Made by a program: the position numbers and the translations under genes
In this document: positions 40,201 through 53,768 of the stretch, in pieces
How the letters are laid out: each line of letters opens with the position of its first letter
How positions within the stretch are numbered: position 1 is the stretch's first letter
Source: Paramecium tetraurelia
Taxonomy: Eukaryota
Reading direction: 5' to 3'
DNA: 64,000 bases
Assembly (NCBI GenBank): GCA_000165425.1
Contig: CT868680.1
Location: forward strand, 200,108 to 264,107
The notes under the pieces: model-generated
Told to the model about the DNA's origin: nothing
The model's database searches: none
What the model saw: the letters and a program-made list of their open reading frames with translations, nothing else

Positions 40201-41050
40201 GCCACTTATTAAGCATCTTCGTTCTACATTCTAATCAGCATTTCTTAACTCAACTTGGCTAAGAATTTCTTTCTTCCATATTTGAATTTTTAAATTTCAC
40301 GTTTCACCTATTTAGGGTACATTTTTGCAGTGGTTGGTGTCTTGTATTATTAGGTTGTTTAATCGATGTAATCAATGGCTTTGTTTTTATCTCTCAAATT
40401 TCCGTATATCAACTCTAAGTTTAATGCTTCGTCATTTTTCAACCATCGACCCGTCAAGGCATAATACAACCCCAATTAATCAGGCAATCTGGATAAATGA
40501 TATGAAGCACTAAAATTCTTATTCATTTTTACCCTGCATGAGGGACAAAGCCCCTATTAACATCATTAAATCGTATTCCTCCTTTTTAATCAAAAAATTA
40601 GAATGGAGTTGAACATGCTAATGCTGCCATTGATCCGCTGGCTTCTCCAGTTATCACAGGCATCAAGACTTTGTTGTACTTTCCAAAATAGACTGCCAAA
40701 TTTTATATTTGCCTCATATATTCAATCTTCTCTTACTAGGATAAGTGCTACAAGTCTAATTGTTATTAAAATTGTATACATTTCAAATCTGTTCCTTTGG
40801 ATTAGCAATCCAACCAAATTATATTTATTGCTTCATCTAAATCATAACTTTCCAAAAATCTATGAATTTGATTTAACATTGTTGGAGTTAAGATGTTATG
40901 CTTATGATTATGATTAAGCTTGGCAAACACCTATTATCCAAACTTCTCCCCTAACAAATGCGATTGCTTGATTTCAGCATCAAATCTAACGACATTTTAT
41001 GATCGAAGCACTTGAGTTGAGATATAGGAATACTTAATTTTAAGCATCAT
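37276..41050 (-). CDS. HIBCH/crotonase-fold (mS47-like) protein with very long C-terminal extension (~1,240 aa)
   Basis: AKLNHNHKHNILTPTMLNQI, GFVPHAGASYHLSRLP..LGLYYALTG and IARCFNGESVQEIMDKL..PKLSLDLTFKLLRE align by eye to 3-hydroxyisobutyryl-CoA hydrolase. Confidence 0.75.
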
Positions 41051-41079
41051 AAATAAAATCTTAATTAATCAAATCAAAT

Positions 41080-42791
41080 TCACAAGACTTATACGGACTT
41101 TCATTCTATGCCTCAATAACTCTAAAGTGTATTTGTAATCAAATGGAATGTTCTCAATCGAATTATCTCTTTCATCAGCGGCCAATACGACTCATTTCGT
41201 ATTTACTCTCTATTTTTATGCTTTGAAAAATGAGTAATAACGATCTAGATATGATTCCACTTCTAATTATTTTTGATTCAATATTTCTTTTTATTAATAA
41301 TCTAGAAAATTTAGATTAATCTGAATTAATTAGTTATAGCTTTTTTTATATTTAGATATTATGAAAATGATTAAATTCAGGGTTTCTCATAAGTATTAAT
41401 TGATTTCGATTATTCAATAAGGTTATAATTTATTATTATTATAAAAAGCGTATTCTATTTCTTATTATTTAGTTTGTTTATTTTCAATTCCAATTTTTTA
41501 CTACTTATTTTCCTCCACTTCCAAAAGATTTCAATAATAAAGTTTTTGAGAATAATATCATTTATTTTACCTTCTAATTGAGTTTAGGTTGATTCTTTTC
41601 CTTCATGTTATTTTTATTTTTCTAGTAATCTATTTTTTATTAATTTATAATTGAATTTATAAATGGAATTTTCGATTGTTATGAATCCTTTATTAAGCTG
41701 AAGTGTTTGTATTTTAATATCATACAATATTCAGCACTTAGATTAATCTTTCTCTTTCCTCAACTAAACACTCATACCTATTAGCACTACTGATAAAAGA
41801 AAGAAGTGAAGTCGAAACTCTCTATTGTTATAAATAATCTATTTAGAACTCTATCAAATTTTGTGAACTATTATAATTTCTATAAAGTATAGGCAGCTTT
41901 TCATATTAGCATTCCTCTTAATCTCCTGAAAATGAATGGAAGGTGATTATCCATTTTGAATGCTTATAATTATGTTTGATATTTTTTAAATTTTATTTTT
42001 AAAAGTATAATCCTGAATTACTTATATACTAAGAATCTATATTTCTTGTTTTATTGATTATCTCACTCTTAGATACATTCCAAAGGTTATAAATAAATTA
42101 ATCTTTTTTAAATACATTTCATATACTAAACTCTACTATGGCATTCTGCAATTGAAATATTATATATCTCTTAAATAGAACTTATTTGGTTTTCATAAAA
42201 ATAGATTGTAAAGTATTTGATTATAAAAGATAAACCTAAAACAAATATAAAATCAGAAAGGCAAAAAAGGATATTCATTTGCTCCAATCCCGAAAATCAA
42301 TCCATTGCAATTTATTGATCCCACAATACTTAATTCTGGAATTAGGATGTCTGCCAATGAGTCTAATTATGTTGAGAAGAAAATTACTTTTTTGCCATTT
42401 ATATAACATTATGACTCGAGACCGGTTTTTTTGTAGTTCTTTCATATCTATACTTATATAACTCTAAAAAGGATATCAATTAATTTTCTTTATTATTTGC
42501 AACAGGCAATTATTCAGAATCTCCCCAAATTGAATGTTCCTCTAATTCCTAATCATCATCATTAAACCAAGAATAACAGGAATTCAATTGATGTCTTACA
42601 GGATTTCTCCTTATTTTTTGCGAGCAAGGCAGATCAAGTTTGCGTTCTGAAAGCATTCCATCACAAAGTTATGATGATAGTGAATAGGACTTCTGTTCTG
42701 ATTTCAAAATTCTTTAACTAGTCGATTATTGTAAATTCAGATTGAATTGATCATACACTATGTCACTTTTAATCCTCAAATGCATCTACAT
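41080..42791 (-). CDS. Hypothetical protein (possibly degenerate)
   Basis: Open code-6 frame of ~160 codons from ~42791, then AT-rich low-complexity coding-like sequence; structure unresolved. Confidence 0.3.
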
Positions 42792-42976
42792 CTATATTAA
42801 ACCAATATAATATAATAAAATATAATGCTTGCCCTAATTTAGACTAAAATATCCTATATTTAAATAAACAAAGTTAGATAATATATTGCTATATTTTTAA
42901 TGGAGGTTATAAATCCATCTTTATTAAGAAATGAAAATCGGTAAAGTTATTGTGAAATAATATATAGATATATAAT

Positions 42977-43665
42977 TCATATTTTAACCCTCTTACTCAC
43001 CTCCTCTCCAGTCATCCAAGTTTAAATTTAATTCTAGCATTTTACAAAAGTATCAAAATCAATGTTATCGATAACGATCTAAAATCGCTCCTTATTGACC
43101 ACAATGAAGGCACTAGGACTATTAGTCTAAATGATCTAAACGATGCCCCCAATTTAATCGGGATTCAATTGTTTAAGATTGTTGGAAAACTCAACTTTCT
43201 CATTATGAGAAATGGTTTATTGTGTGTCTTCCTAGACTCCAGTATCTTCGGTAATTTTTTTCACTTTTATTGAGCTTTAAGGCAAATTAATTAAGGGGAG
43301 ATAGTTCTTCACATATTTTTTAAAGGATTTTTCAAGTTTTTCAGATAATTTACTAATCCACTAGAATAAAATTGTATAATTACACTAGAGGGACCATTAT
43401 ACAACTTGCAGTTGTCCCAAATTAATTATATATCATCTAAGCATTCTTCCACATGCTTGTACTCTGAATTTTATAATTTTTTAGAGCAAGTGCCCAAGTC
43501 CATAGGTTTTTTTACGACGATCAAGTAATCATGCAAACCAAGAGTTTTGTGGTCAACAGGTTGTCGAAATTCTAAACTATCATTTGAATCTATGAGCTAT
43601 TATAAAATTTGATTTAATTTTTTTAATTCCTCCTTATTTATGGGTGTTTGCGTTCCTTTGATCAT
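42977..43665 (-). CDS. Single bromodomain + ET domain protein (BET/GTE-like)
   Basis: FRQPVDHKTLGLHDYLIVVKKPMDLGT, DDIQLIWDNCKLYN; ET-like EKVEFSNNLKQLNPDQIGGIVQII...IVIDNID; one intron. Confidence 0.9.
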
Positions 43666-43840
43666 TCAATAATTTTTTATTTATTTTCTTCAATTTTATT
43701 TCTAGATTAAATTTTTTATAATGTATTATATATATTTATAGTCCTGAAATTGAAAGCATTTACATGAAGATGTATTAATAAAATTGAATGATCCTAATTT
43801 TATTGTTATGTTATCGTATATAAATTAATTATTTATAATA

Positions 43841-45483
43841 ATGTCTAAGTCAATTAAGGGATTAAATTTAAGTTAGGATGTGTTGGCATAGGAGTTGGAT
43901 GCATAAAGAAGAGATAGGATGAAAGCAATATCGACTCATAAAAACATAAAGGATCGTCTTGATAGAATGTAACTTGTTGCAATAGGAAAATAGGGAATAG
44001 GAAAGAGATATGTTTGGGAATGAGAATTTTTTAGTGAAGAGGAGGTTGTCTGATGATAAAAGGGAATTTATAGACTTGATTGAATTTCATAAAAAGGAAA
44101 AGGAGGAGTTAAGAGAGGAGAAGCAAAAAATAGAGTACGAGTATGGGGTATTGCAAAGGAAAATGTTTGATATAGATGAAGATTATAGTAAGATGAAGTA
44201 TTCATTCAACTAGAAAAAATGATGGATAAATAAAGACAAATTTTTGAGACAGATAAATAACCATTAATTGATAAAATAAAGTTTTTGGAAGCCAGGTTGG
44301 AGAAGATCGATGGTTTTCTTCAAACTAAGGCTGATTTAGAAAGCGAAAGAGAAAAACTGATCGAAACCTTAGCGCAAGAAAGGAGAGATAAGCAGAGGGA
44401 ATTGGCAGATAAGGAGAAAGAGAAAGTCAAGGAAACAAGTATAGAAATGATTATGAATTAAATAGATCAATTGAGGAAAGAAATGGAAAATAAGGTTCAG
44501 GAAACCAAGTTATCAGAAAGAGCATAATAAAAAGAATAATTGGAAACAACTACTAGATTAACAGTTTTATAAAATTATTAAATGACTACAGAGTTAGAAT
44601 ACCAATCAAAATAGACAGGAAAATTATTGGGAGAAAGCACAAAGTTATAAGAGTAAGTAACAAGTTTAAAGAGAGATATCGAAATACACAAGTAAGTTGA
44701 ATAGGAATTAGCAAAAAGATCTCATTTTTCTTAGAAATTAATTAAGAAATTGTCATCAAGAATCAAGGATTTAGAAGACTAATTAGAATAGAAGGAATTT
44801 GAACATTAGGAATTGAATTCTTAATAGGCCCGTTAAGAGATGGAGAAAATTAGGGAAACAGAAATTATGTAATTGGAAAAAAAAATAGCCTAATTATAAA
44901 ATGATAATGAAATTTTAAGAAGTGAGAATAATCATTTACTTACAAAATTAGATACCATAAGATTGGATGAGAATAAATTTGCTAATTTATCAGCTATTTT
45001 AGCAAGTAATTTGGAATATTTAAAGAATAATTTTAATCATGACATTAGTGAAATTATTGATCTATCAGAATTGTATATCATAATTTATTATTGTATAGAC
45101 GAGATAAGAGTGTAAGTCAATGGACATCGAATTAGAAAATAACAATAATGAGTATTTTATTAAGATAAACTTAATAATACTTGACAAAGAAGAATTTAAA
45201 TATATCAGATACTAATTAGATTAACATTAATCATACAATGACTGAGAATGCTACAATAGTAGACAATAACAATAAGTCATTCTATTTTCCAAGTACTTTA
45301 TAACTTAATTGCTTAGAAATTAAATCAGAGGAGGACCAAACAACCTAGTTAAGTTCAAAGAGATTTTAAGGAGTCCCACTTGACATTAGCAATTCTATTG
45401 TTAAGAGCAATTTGAGAGATTGGGGAAAGCCATCAGCATTATAGCAATCTAGTTAATTATTACGAAAATATAAGTTAAAATGA
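43841..45483 (+). CDS. Coiled-coil cilia/basal-body protein, CFAP157/BBOF1-like
   Basis: Continuous coiled coil with TTRLTVLQNYQMTTELEYQSKQT..EIHKQVEQELAKRSHFSQKLIKKL; two introns. Confidence 0.6.
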
Positions 45484-45689
45484 TTGCTAAAATTCTTTTA
45501 AAATGATAATTTTTATATTTATACTATTCTGTATATGAATCCGATACCTTAAGTTTGAATTATGAAATGTTTTTAATTTGATGTTTTTCATTATAATTTA
45601 TCTATTTTTTGCCTTTATAAACGTGTTTTAAAATAAAATTTAACGTAAATTAATTTAATATCTGTTTGCAAATACCTTTTATACTTAAA

Positions 45690-47325
45690 ATGTCAACGAA
45701 TACAATCAAAATGTTGCAATAACGTAATATGGACGTAGAAGTCTCATGCTTCGAGGATAAATTACAAATATCCCCCTCAAAATAAAACAAGGAAAATTCA
45801 CATCATATTAAGGCAAAGACCTGCGATATGAGTGATCTTATCAAAATGTTAAATAAAGTAGAGATACAAAGTACTTAATAAGGAGGTATTGATAATAAAT
45901 AGTTATCTTAGACTAAATTGAGATAGAATAAGATAGTACTCCAAAGAAGTAAGTTCAGCAAGGAAAGACTTGCAGATACATTCCCTTAAGGAGTGGATAG
46001 AAATAGACTCTGATTGAGGAATTCCAATATCGAGAGATCGAGGACGAAAATTAGGAACCTTAAAAAGGAAGTGATTATAAAGATTAAGGAAATGTTTCAT
46101 TAAAGGATATCTACAGGATGCACGTATTTGGACAACCCTTATAAAATGAAGAGTTGCATTGGGAATAGAAAAACATCTTCAGATTCAATGACAACACTCC
46201 TTAAAAAAGGAATATCTTATAAGATATCAATCCTTCAGTATTGGAAACCTACAATAATTTGATTGAATATAGAGAATAGTTCTAAAATAGTTTGGATTAC
46301 CAATATAGTCAGAGAAAAATAAATAAGGTTCCATTTAAAGTTTTGGATGCCCCTCAATTATAAGATGACTTTTATTTGAACTTGATAGACTGGAGCTCTT
46401 AGAATGTCTTATCAGTGGCTTTATCATCCTGTGTCTATTTGTGGTCAGCCTACAATAACAGAGTGACTAAATTTTGTGATTTTGGAAACAATGATGTAGT
46501 CTGTTCATTGATTTGGAATCCAATGGGTAATCAATTGGCAATCGGAACTGGTTCAGGAGAGATCCACATATACGATTAGGAGAAGATGAAGAGAATGTAA
46601 GTAATAGAAGGACATTCAGCAAGAGTGGGATCATTGGCATGGAGTGGACATGTATAGATATGATATTAATTTTAGACTCTTTGTTCAGGTTCTAAAGACA
46701 GATCAATAATATTACATGATCCAAGATAGAAGAGATAGACTGGTAAATTCGAAGGACATAAATAGGAAATTTGTGGATTGAAGTGGTCACCAGATGAATA
46801 CCAATTGGCCTCAGGTGGAAATGATAATAAATTATTCGTTTGGAGAATGGGTTCATAGATTCCACTAGCTAAGTTCAGTTAACATCAAGCTGCTGTTAAA
46901 GCAATCGCTTGGTCCCCTCATAGACATGGATTATTATCATCAGGTGGTGGCACTGCAGATAGAACCATTCGATTCTTTAATACTTTGACTACTGAATAAT
47001 TAGATTGGATAGACACTGGATCTTAAGTTTGTAATTTGATGTTCAGTAAGAATGTCAACGAATTCGTATCAACTCATGGTTATAGTATGAACTAGATTGT
47101 CTGTTGGAAATACCCTAGCTTATAAAAAGTATTTCTTTCTTTTAATCTTAGGTCACTACTCTTATGGGACATACTTCAAGAGTTCTATTTTTAGCTATGT
47201 CACCAGATGGAGAAACTATTGTTACTGGTGCTGGTGATGAAACCCTAAGATTCTGGAATGCATTCCCCAAAAAAGAATAGGCTCAACCTACTAACACTAT
47301 TTTATTGCCTTAGATGATTAGATGA
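45690..47325 (+). CDS. FZR1: APC/C co-activator Cdh1/Fizzy-related (CDC20 family)
   Basis: C-box [35 protein letters not shown]40 repeats, C-terminal IR tail (PQMIR*). Confidence 0.92.
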
Positions 47326-47575
47326 ATTGTATTTTTTTCTACTTTTTTATAAACATTACAATAAAAAATATTTTAAGAAGTATAATAATTTGGAATTACC
47401 AAAGAGTATCCCTCCCTTATATTTTCAGGTAAAATGCATCATAACAAACCTACCTACTGAAGAATTTTTTATTAAATATTTATTTTTAGAATAAATTTGA
47501 TATATGATTTACAATTTGACTTATAATTGTGTATAACATTTTAATTATTATTTTATATCTTATATGAGTAATTTT

Positions 47576-48100
47576 TCATATCAAAACAGTTTCTTTGGAC
47601 TAATCTACATTTTCCATATAATGAAAACTCATTATGTTAATTTTGGTAGAATTTATTAAGTTTATTGATAATCCCTAATAATAGTATTTCTCAATCGATT
47701 GGGCATATCGCATTTTAATATTTTATGTACCCATTTTGTGAGCAACCTCCTTGCTCTGATTTCACACTTATTTATTGTGCCTGAACAACTTAAGGTTCTA
47801 ATTTTGATTGGTACACCTCTAAACATATTCATAAATAAGAGGGTTGACCAAATTATATTTTTATACTCCCTATTCACTCTCAAGATAAACAACCTTGAAA
47901 TAGAATTCAAATATTTTACTATTCAATTTGTTGAATCCTTTACCTTAAAATGAAAATTAAATATTGCCGGATCCAAACTAACCAAAATGGTATTCTACTT
48001 GATCTTTTATCTCAATAAATAAGTCTCTCTCTGAAAATTCCTACTCCTGATTCTCTTGAATATATTCGCATAAAAAGTATCGATTCTTAAACCTGACCAT
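47576..48100 (-). CDS. POP5: RNase P/MRP subunit Pop5
   Basis: MVRFKNRYFLCE start, LFILRVNRE, RTLSCSGTINKC. Confidence 0.88.
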
Positions 48101-48133
48101 TTATAATTAAATTATATATTGATTTATATACTC

Positions 48134-49443
48134 TCACAAATTTGCTTTGATACCTAGATTCTTCTTCAACTACTCTCCAACCTTGATTATGAATTCCTCA
48201 GTATTCACATACTTGGTTCTCGAAACACTACAAATTACATTTGAATAAGTACTTATTATCATTATGTACAATGATGGCTAAATCCTTAGTCATAAATCCA
48301 TTTTCTACTGTCTAAATGACACTTGATTCCAAAGTTGTACAAAACTTGTGTAATTCCTTGTTATTGTCTAATTTGGCTCTATGCAACAACCCTCTGGTCC
48401 AAGCAAAAATACTTGCAATAGAATTAGTAGATGTTTCTTTTCCTTATTAATGCATTCTGTAATGTCTGGTAACAGTTCCATGTGCAGCTTCTGCTTCCAC
48501 TGATCCATCTGGACTGACTAAAACACTAGTCATCAATCCCAATGAACCATATCCTTGAGCCACAACATCTGATTGGACATCTCCATCATAATTCTTGCAT
48601 GCCCAAACAAAACCACCTTCACTCTTAATCATATAAGCAACCATATCATCAATCAATCTATGTTCATACCACAATTTCTTTTGTTCGAATGTTTATTTGT
48701 AATATTTATCATAAATTTCTTAAAAGATATCTTTAAATCTGCCATCATACTTCTTTAGAATGGTATTTTTGGTAGATAGATACAATGGATAATTGCGATC
48801 GATTGCATATTTGAAACATGAATGTGCAAAATCAATGATAGATTCATCTGTATTATACATACCCATTGAAATTCCCTTGCCCTCAAAATCAAACACAGGA
48901 TATTTTGTGATTTATCCTTGTTTGTTTGTGAATACCATCTCTAATTTGCCTGGCTCACTTATCAAAAAATCTGTAGCTCTATATTGATCTCCAAATGCGT
49001 GTCTTCCAATAATAATTGGTTCTTTCCAACCTGGCACCAATCTAGGGATATTCTTAATTATAATAGGTTCTCTAAACACTGTTCCGTTGAGAATATTTCT
49101 AATTGTTCCATTTGGAGATTTCCACATTTATTTTAACTTGAATTCCTTCACTCTTGCTTCATCTGGTGTGCTAAAGATAAACATTCAAGAGTTTACATGG
49201 TGGCACATTTAATTCCAACCTTATACTTTTTGATTGCATTCGCAGAATCAATAGTTACTTTGTCATCTGTTTTGTCTCTATTCTCCATTCCAAGGTCATA
49301 GTAATCTATCTTCAAATCCAAAAATGGGAAGATCAAATACTTTTTGATTTATTGCCAGATGATCTAGATTTATCGAAATGTATTACTCTAGTCATTTCAT
49401 CACCATCTAATTCTACTACAGGAGTCTAAACTTAGATCTTCAT
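48134..49443 (-). CDS. IDH1: NADP-dependent isocitrate dehydrogenase (IDH1 type)
   Basis: [58 protein letters not shown]; three introns. Confidence 0.97.
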
Positions 49444-49481
49444 ACTATTTAATAATATTTATCAATTAATTAATTAACGGA

Positions 49482-50513
49482 ATGAATGTATATACAGGTT
49501 CATCCTTTGAAAAAACAATTAATAGAACCACTACACATCAATACTTAGTCAGAAAATATGGAAATAAATCCAATGAATAATATTTCAATTTTGAAGAAAT
49601 ACTCAATTAAATTCAAGATGTTTTTTGCATGAGTTGCGAAAGTTATGTACCATCAGAATAAATTAACATACACACTCAAAATTGCAATGGAGAATGCGAT
49701 TAATATGAACAAGTCGACTCCTTACAAGCAAAATTATAAAAATGTAATTTTCTTATAAATAAAATCAAAAAGATGCTAAAAACCTATTCATCTGATTAAT
49801 AGTATATCATTCAATATTTATAAATGTTATGGAAATGTTGCAGTAACATAATCCTAGCTTCAGACCATAATGTGGTTTCACAATGCTTGGATGATTTAGA
49901 TCTATTTCAATAATACTTCGAAAATCAATAATAAGACGTCGCTGTTGAATAAGTCATCCAATAGATTTTGACTATCATCAGTAAAGTTATGCAATTTTCG
50001 GAAAGAAAAGCTCGAATATTGTAGAGCAATTAGAATAATGTTATCAATCACCTCAAAGAATCAATTGCCACATCTTTGGCTAATGAAGGAGGCTTATAAA
50101 AAAAGCTTCAAATTCATGAGAATCAACTCAATAGGTATCGTAATCCATTTGAAAATGTTTAAAACAACATTCATTAATCATTAAAGGATGATTTTTAATC
50201 TAGATTCAAATAAGCAAATAGATAATCGCTTTCCCCAATTACTGAAACAAGTTTTATCGAAAAAAGCAAAATAGGAAACCTAACTCCTAGAATGGAAGAA
50301 TCAATGTAAATATCATCAACAATGTTTCATAAAACTGAGGCTGAGAAAAAAAATCAATTCTTTAAAATTGCTGCTGGTTTAAAAAAGACATTTCCGAAAA
50401 AATAATCAGTTTAATAAGCCTTAATAATTGCATTATATGATAATGCAAATAAAAATAATATCTAGTAGCACTAATATGAAAATTACATATCTAATTTATA
50501 TCAAAATATGTGA
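49482..50513 (+). CDS. Hypothetical protein with N-terminal CxxC..H..C zinc-finger-like motif (343 aa)
   Basis: 344-codon code-6 ORF; FCMSCESYVPSEQINIHTQNC. Confidence 0.6.
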
Positions 50514-51125
50514 TTAATTATTACTGTTTTTATTATTACAATCTAAATATTGTTATTAAATTGTAATTTCAATTCTAATTTGAACTTGAATAACATTCAT
50601 TTAAATTTAAACTCTTGAGGAATTTAAAAATGGGTTAATAATATTATTCCGATATATTAGACATAGCAACTTTTTTTTTAATTGTAAAGAATTACTTTTT
50701 TACAAAGTATCCAGAAATAATTGTTAAACTATTAGGCATTTTAACTTCCAATAATATGGTAAAATGATTATAAGCAATTAGTCTTCTCGAAGAATTAAAA
50801 AAGAAAAATTATCATTCATTCAATAGGAATTAACATTTTTGAAGAAGGCATAAATGTCATTATTGTTAGTTTTTCAAAAAAAAGGATGCTAAAACTATTT
50901 GTAAAGTAAAGTAATTAGTGCTTATGTAAGGAAGTAATTGAAAAACATATAATAGCGTTACATAATGTTGCAAAGCTTTTGTTGTTACATTAATAGTATC
51001 AATAATAACTAAAAAACATTATTATTTTTAAAATAATTTTTTCATGAAATATTGTTTTAAGAGTCTAATAGCAATTTTTTTATTTATTATATTTAATTAT
51101 AAACAAATTGTATATATATATTAAT

Positions 51126-51794
51126 TCAAATAGGTTACCACACATAAACATAACCATCGAATGTTTGATTTTCTATCATATAATGATTTTTCTTTATTCT
51201 CATTTTATTGAAACCCTGTTTTTGATAAAATCTGGATGCGATTTCATTATAATCAACCATGTCAAGATATATATAAGCAATTGTTTTATTGGACTATAAG
51301 ACGGTTTTTTTTAATTGTTCAACCATGTATTCTGCAATACCCCTTCCTCTGAATTCATTAATAACTCCTATAGTCATAATATATAAAGCATTTTGTGTTT
51401 AAAAGAATAAACAAAACCATTATTTCCAGGTTAGATTCTATAGATATTTAGTTTTACACTATCGTTATTAATACACCATAGCCCCAATCACGTATTTCTC
51501 CTTTCGACCTGTAGGATATTTTATCTCAATCTCTGCTATGAGTGAAGAAACACGGCCATTCAAAACAGAATTATAAAATTGCTCACCGTAAGTAATTGGG
51601 AACCACTCTTGCTAAAGCAATTTAAGTTATTCTAGATCTCTCTTTGTTTAAACTTTTCTAAATTTAATATCTTTAAATCCTATGTCATCTATTTTAACAT
51701 TTGCTAATACACTGTGTATCTCAGCTATGTAACGAGTGTTATTTTAAGAGTTTGGGGGATATGCCTAGCTTAACCTCTAATCTATTTATTGCAT
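51126..51794 (-). CDS. GNAT N-terminal acetyltransferase, NAA60/NAA50-like
   Basis: QEWFPITYGEQFY, GVINEFRGRGIA (acetyl-CoA motif), ASRFYQKQGF..NHY. Confidence 0.85.
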
Positions 51795-51866
51795 CGTTTT
51801 ACTAGTTATTTAAAATGTTTGTGATTAAATCGTAAATAAATTTATTTCTAAAATCAAAAAAGCAAG

Positions 51867-52752
51867 ATGCTTTTATCTACGTCTAAGTTGACATCTTCAA
51901 GGCTAGGAAAGTCCCAATTATAGAGTCCACAAAGATCTACTGTTAACTATCTTTAATAAGACCTCGATTCTCCATCTAGATAAAGAATTAAGTTATTATC
52001 TGATAAATGGAATCATATCCAAAATGGAATAGATAAGGATAAATTAGAAAAGAGAGAAGTTCTTGAGGAGAGAATTAAAATTATAGAAGATGTTCTTTCA
52101 TCAGAGAAACCAAAAGATGAATAAAGATTTAAAGTCCTTAAGGATCATGTATTAAAACTACAGGATCAAGCTCACAATGAAAAATCTGAAAGAGAGGTAT
52201 TTCTTAGTATTAATGCAGGCCTTCGATGATAAAAAAGAAAAAGATTTTAGAACTCTCTCTGATAATGTAGCACTATCTTTTGATCAAGAAAGAAATGGTA
52301 GAGGACAAGCTGAAATAAAACTATAAAAATAAATCGATGAAAGATTCCAATAAATTACACTTACAATCACTAGAAACACTCATTAATATGAGGATAGAAG
52401 TTAAGTTAAAATTGCAGAAGTCTTGCAATAAGTTTAATTAGTAAAAAACTAATTAGATCAAGAAAGGAGATCAAGGTATTTTTAAATTATTTCTTATAGA
52501 GAAGAATCGTCTGAGTCATTGTCTGAATAAATTGATTCAGAAATTAATAAATTTTCAGATTAACTGTTAATTGAAAAGAAAGTTAGAGAAGAAACCTAAG
52601 GGAAAATATTTAGAATGATAGAGGATGTTCACGGAAAATTACAACAAGATATAAACGTTGAAAGAAGAGAAAGAGAAGCTACAACTGAAGCTTTGTTAAA
52701 ATTGTTAGAGGATGCTTGCATCAAAATAGATAAAAATTTTAGATCCTATTGA
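51867..52752 (+). CDS. SF-assemblin/beta-giardin family striated-rootlet protein
   Basis: Coiled coil ending EKKVREETQGKIFRMIEDVHGKLQQDINVERREREATTEALLKLLEDAC; two introns. Confidence 0.88.
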
Positions 52753-52842
52753 GTTAAAATAAATAAAATAATTGCAAAATATACATAAAAAAATTGTTTA
52801 ATTTTGAGTGAATATTAGGAATAAAAATAATTATTTTTGTTC

Positions 52843-53685
52843 TCAATATATTGCTTAATTCATATACTAGTGTAATTATTTATCTTCCAGACAGGACCCT
52901 TTCCTGTTTTGCTCAGAAAATTTTAAGTTTTGATCTAGGTTTTATTTTGAGAAGAATTCAAATTTTAGGGACTTACTTATTTATTTTGAGTGGAGCTAAT
53001 TAATAATTAAGGAGGGAAATAGCTTTTTGTAGCCATAGGCAAATCAAGAATAAGTTTTTATTTAGTTTTTTAATTTTTTAAAGGTTAAGAAGACTTTGAT
53101 GGCTATTTCTATAGATTTGGCATTAATTTCATCATCTTTATTGCTATTTTCTCTTAGTTTAAATAAGAAAGTTACATCAAAATATTCTTAAGTGGTTTAA
53201 AAAGACGAGCCATTGCATTTTGTATTGCTATTAGATTTATAAGCATGCGGGAAAAAAAAGCCACCACGATATCGTTATTTTTTCTTCTTCTCCTTACTTT
53301 CATCTGTAAAGAACTCTTAAATGATTCTTTCTACCTAACGAGATTCATCATATTTAGGTTTTTCAATAAATTAATTAGATTATTCAATTGAGATTTTTCT
53401 AGTTATTCTTCTTTTATTAGGAAAAGAAGTATTAATCATTCTCATTTATAAATTTTGAGTTTCTGGTCTTTCAACAATTTCATTAGGCATTTGATTCGTT
53501 GAGGAAGTATAGGTCTTTTTAATTTATGCAATTTGCTATTATATTGAATTATTTTGTTTATGCCAAGGACCAAAAAATTCTAGATCTTGTATTGAATCTA
53601 GAAATATATTAAACTTTTTACCATCTTTATAGTCCAAAGTGTCGAAGATCTAGGTGTCTCGACTCACTGGTTGTGTTTTTTACAT
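52843..53685 (-). CDS. Hypothetical Gln/Lys/Ser-rich protein
   Basis: Code-6 ORF of ~281 codons; no recognisable domain. Confidence 0.5.
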
Positions 53686-53768
53686 TTTTAATTATAAAAT
53701 ATGGCTTTAGTAAAATTTACAAAAAAAATATTACAAAAATACATATATAAACAAATCATAAACACAGA

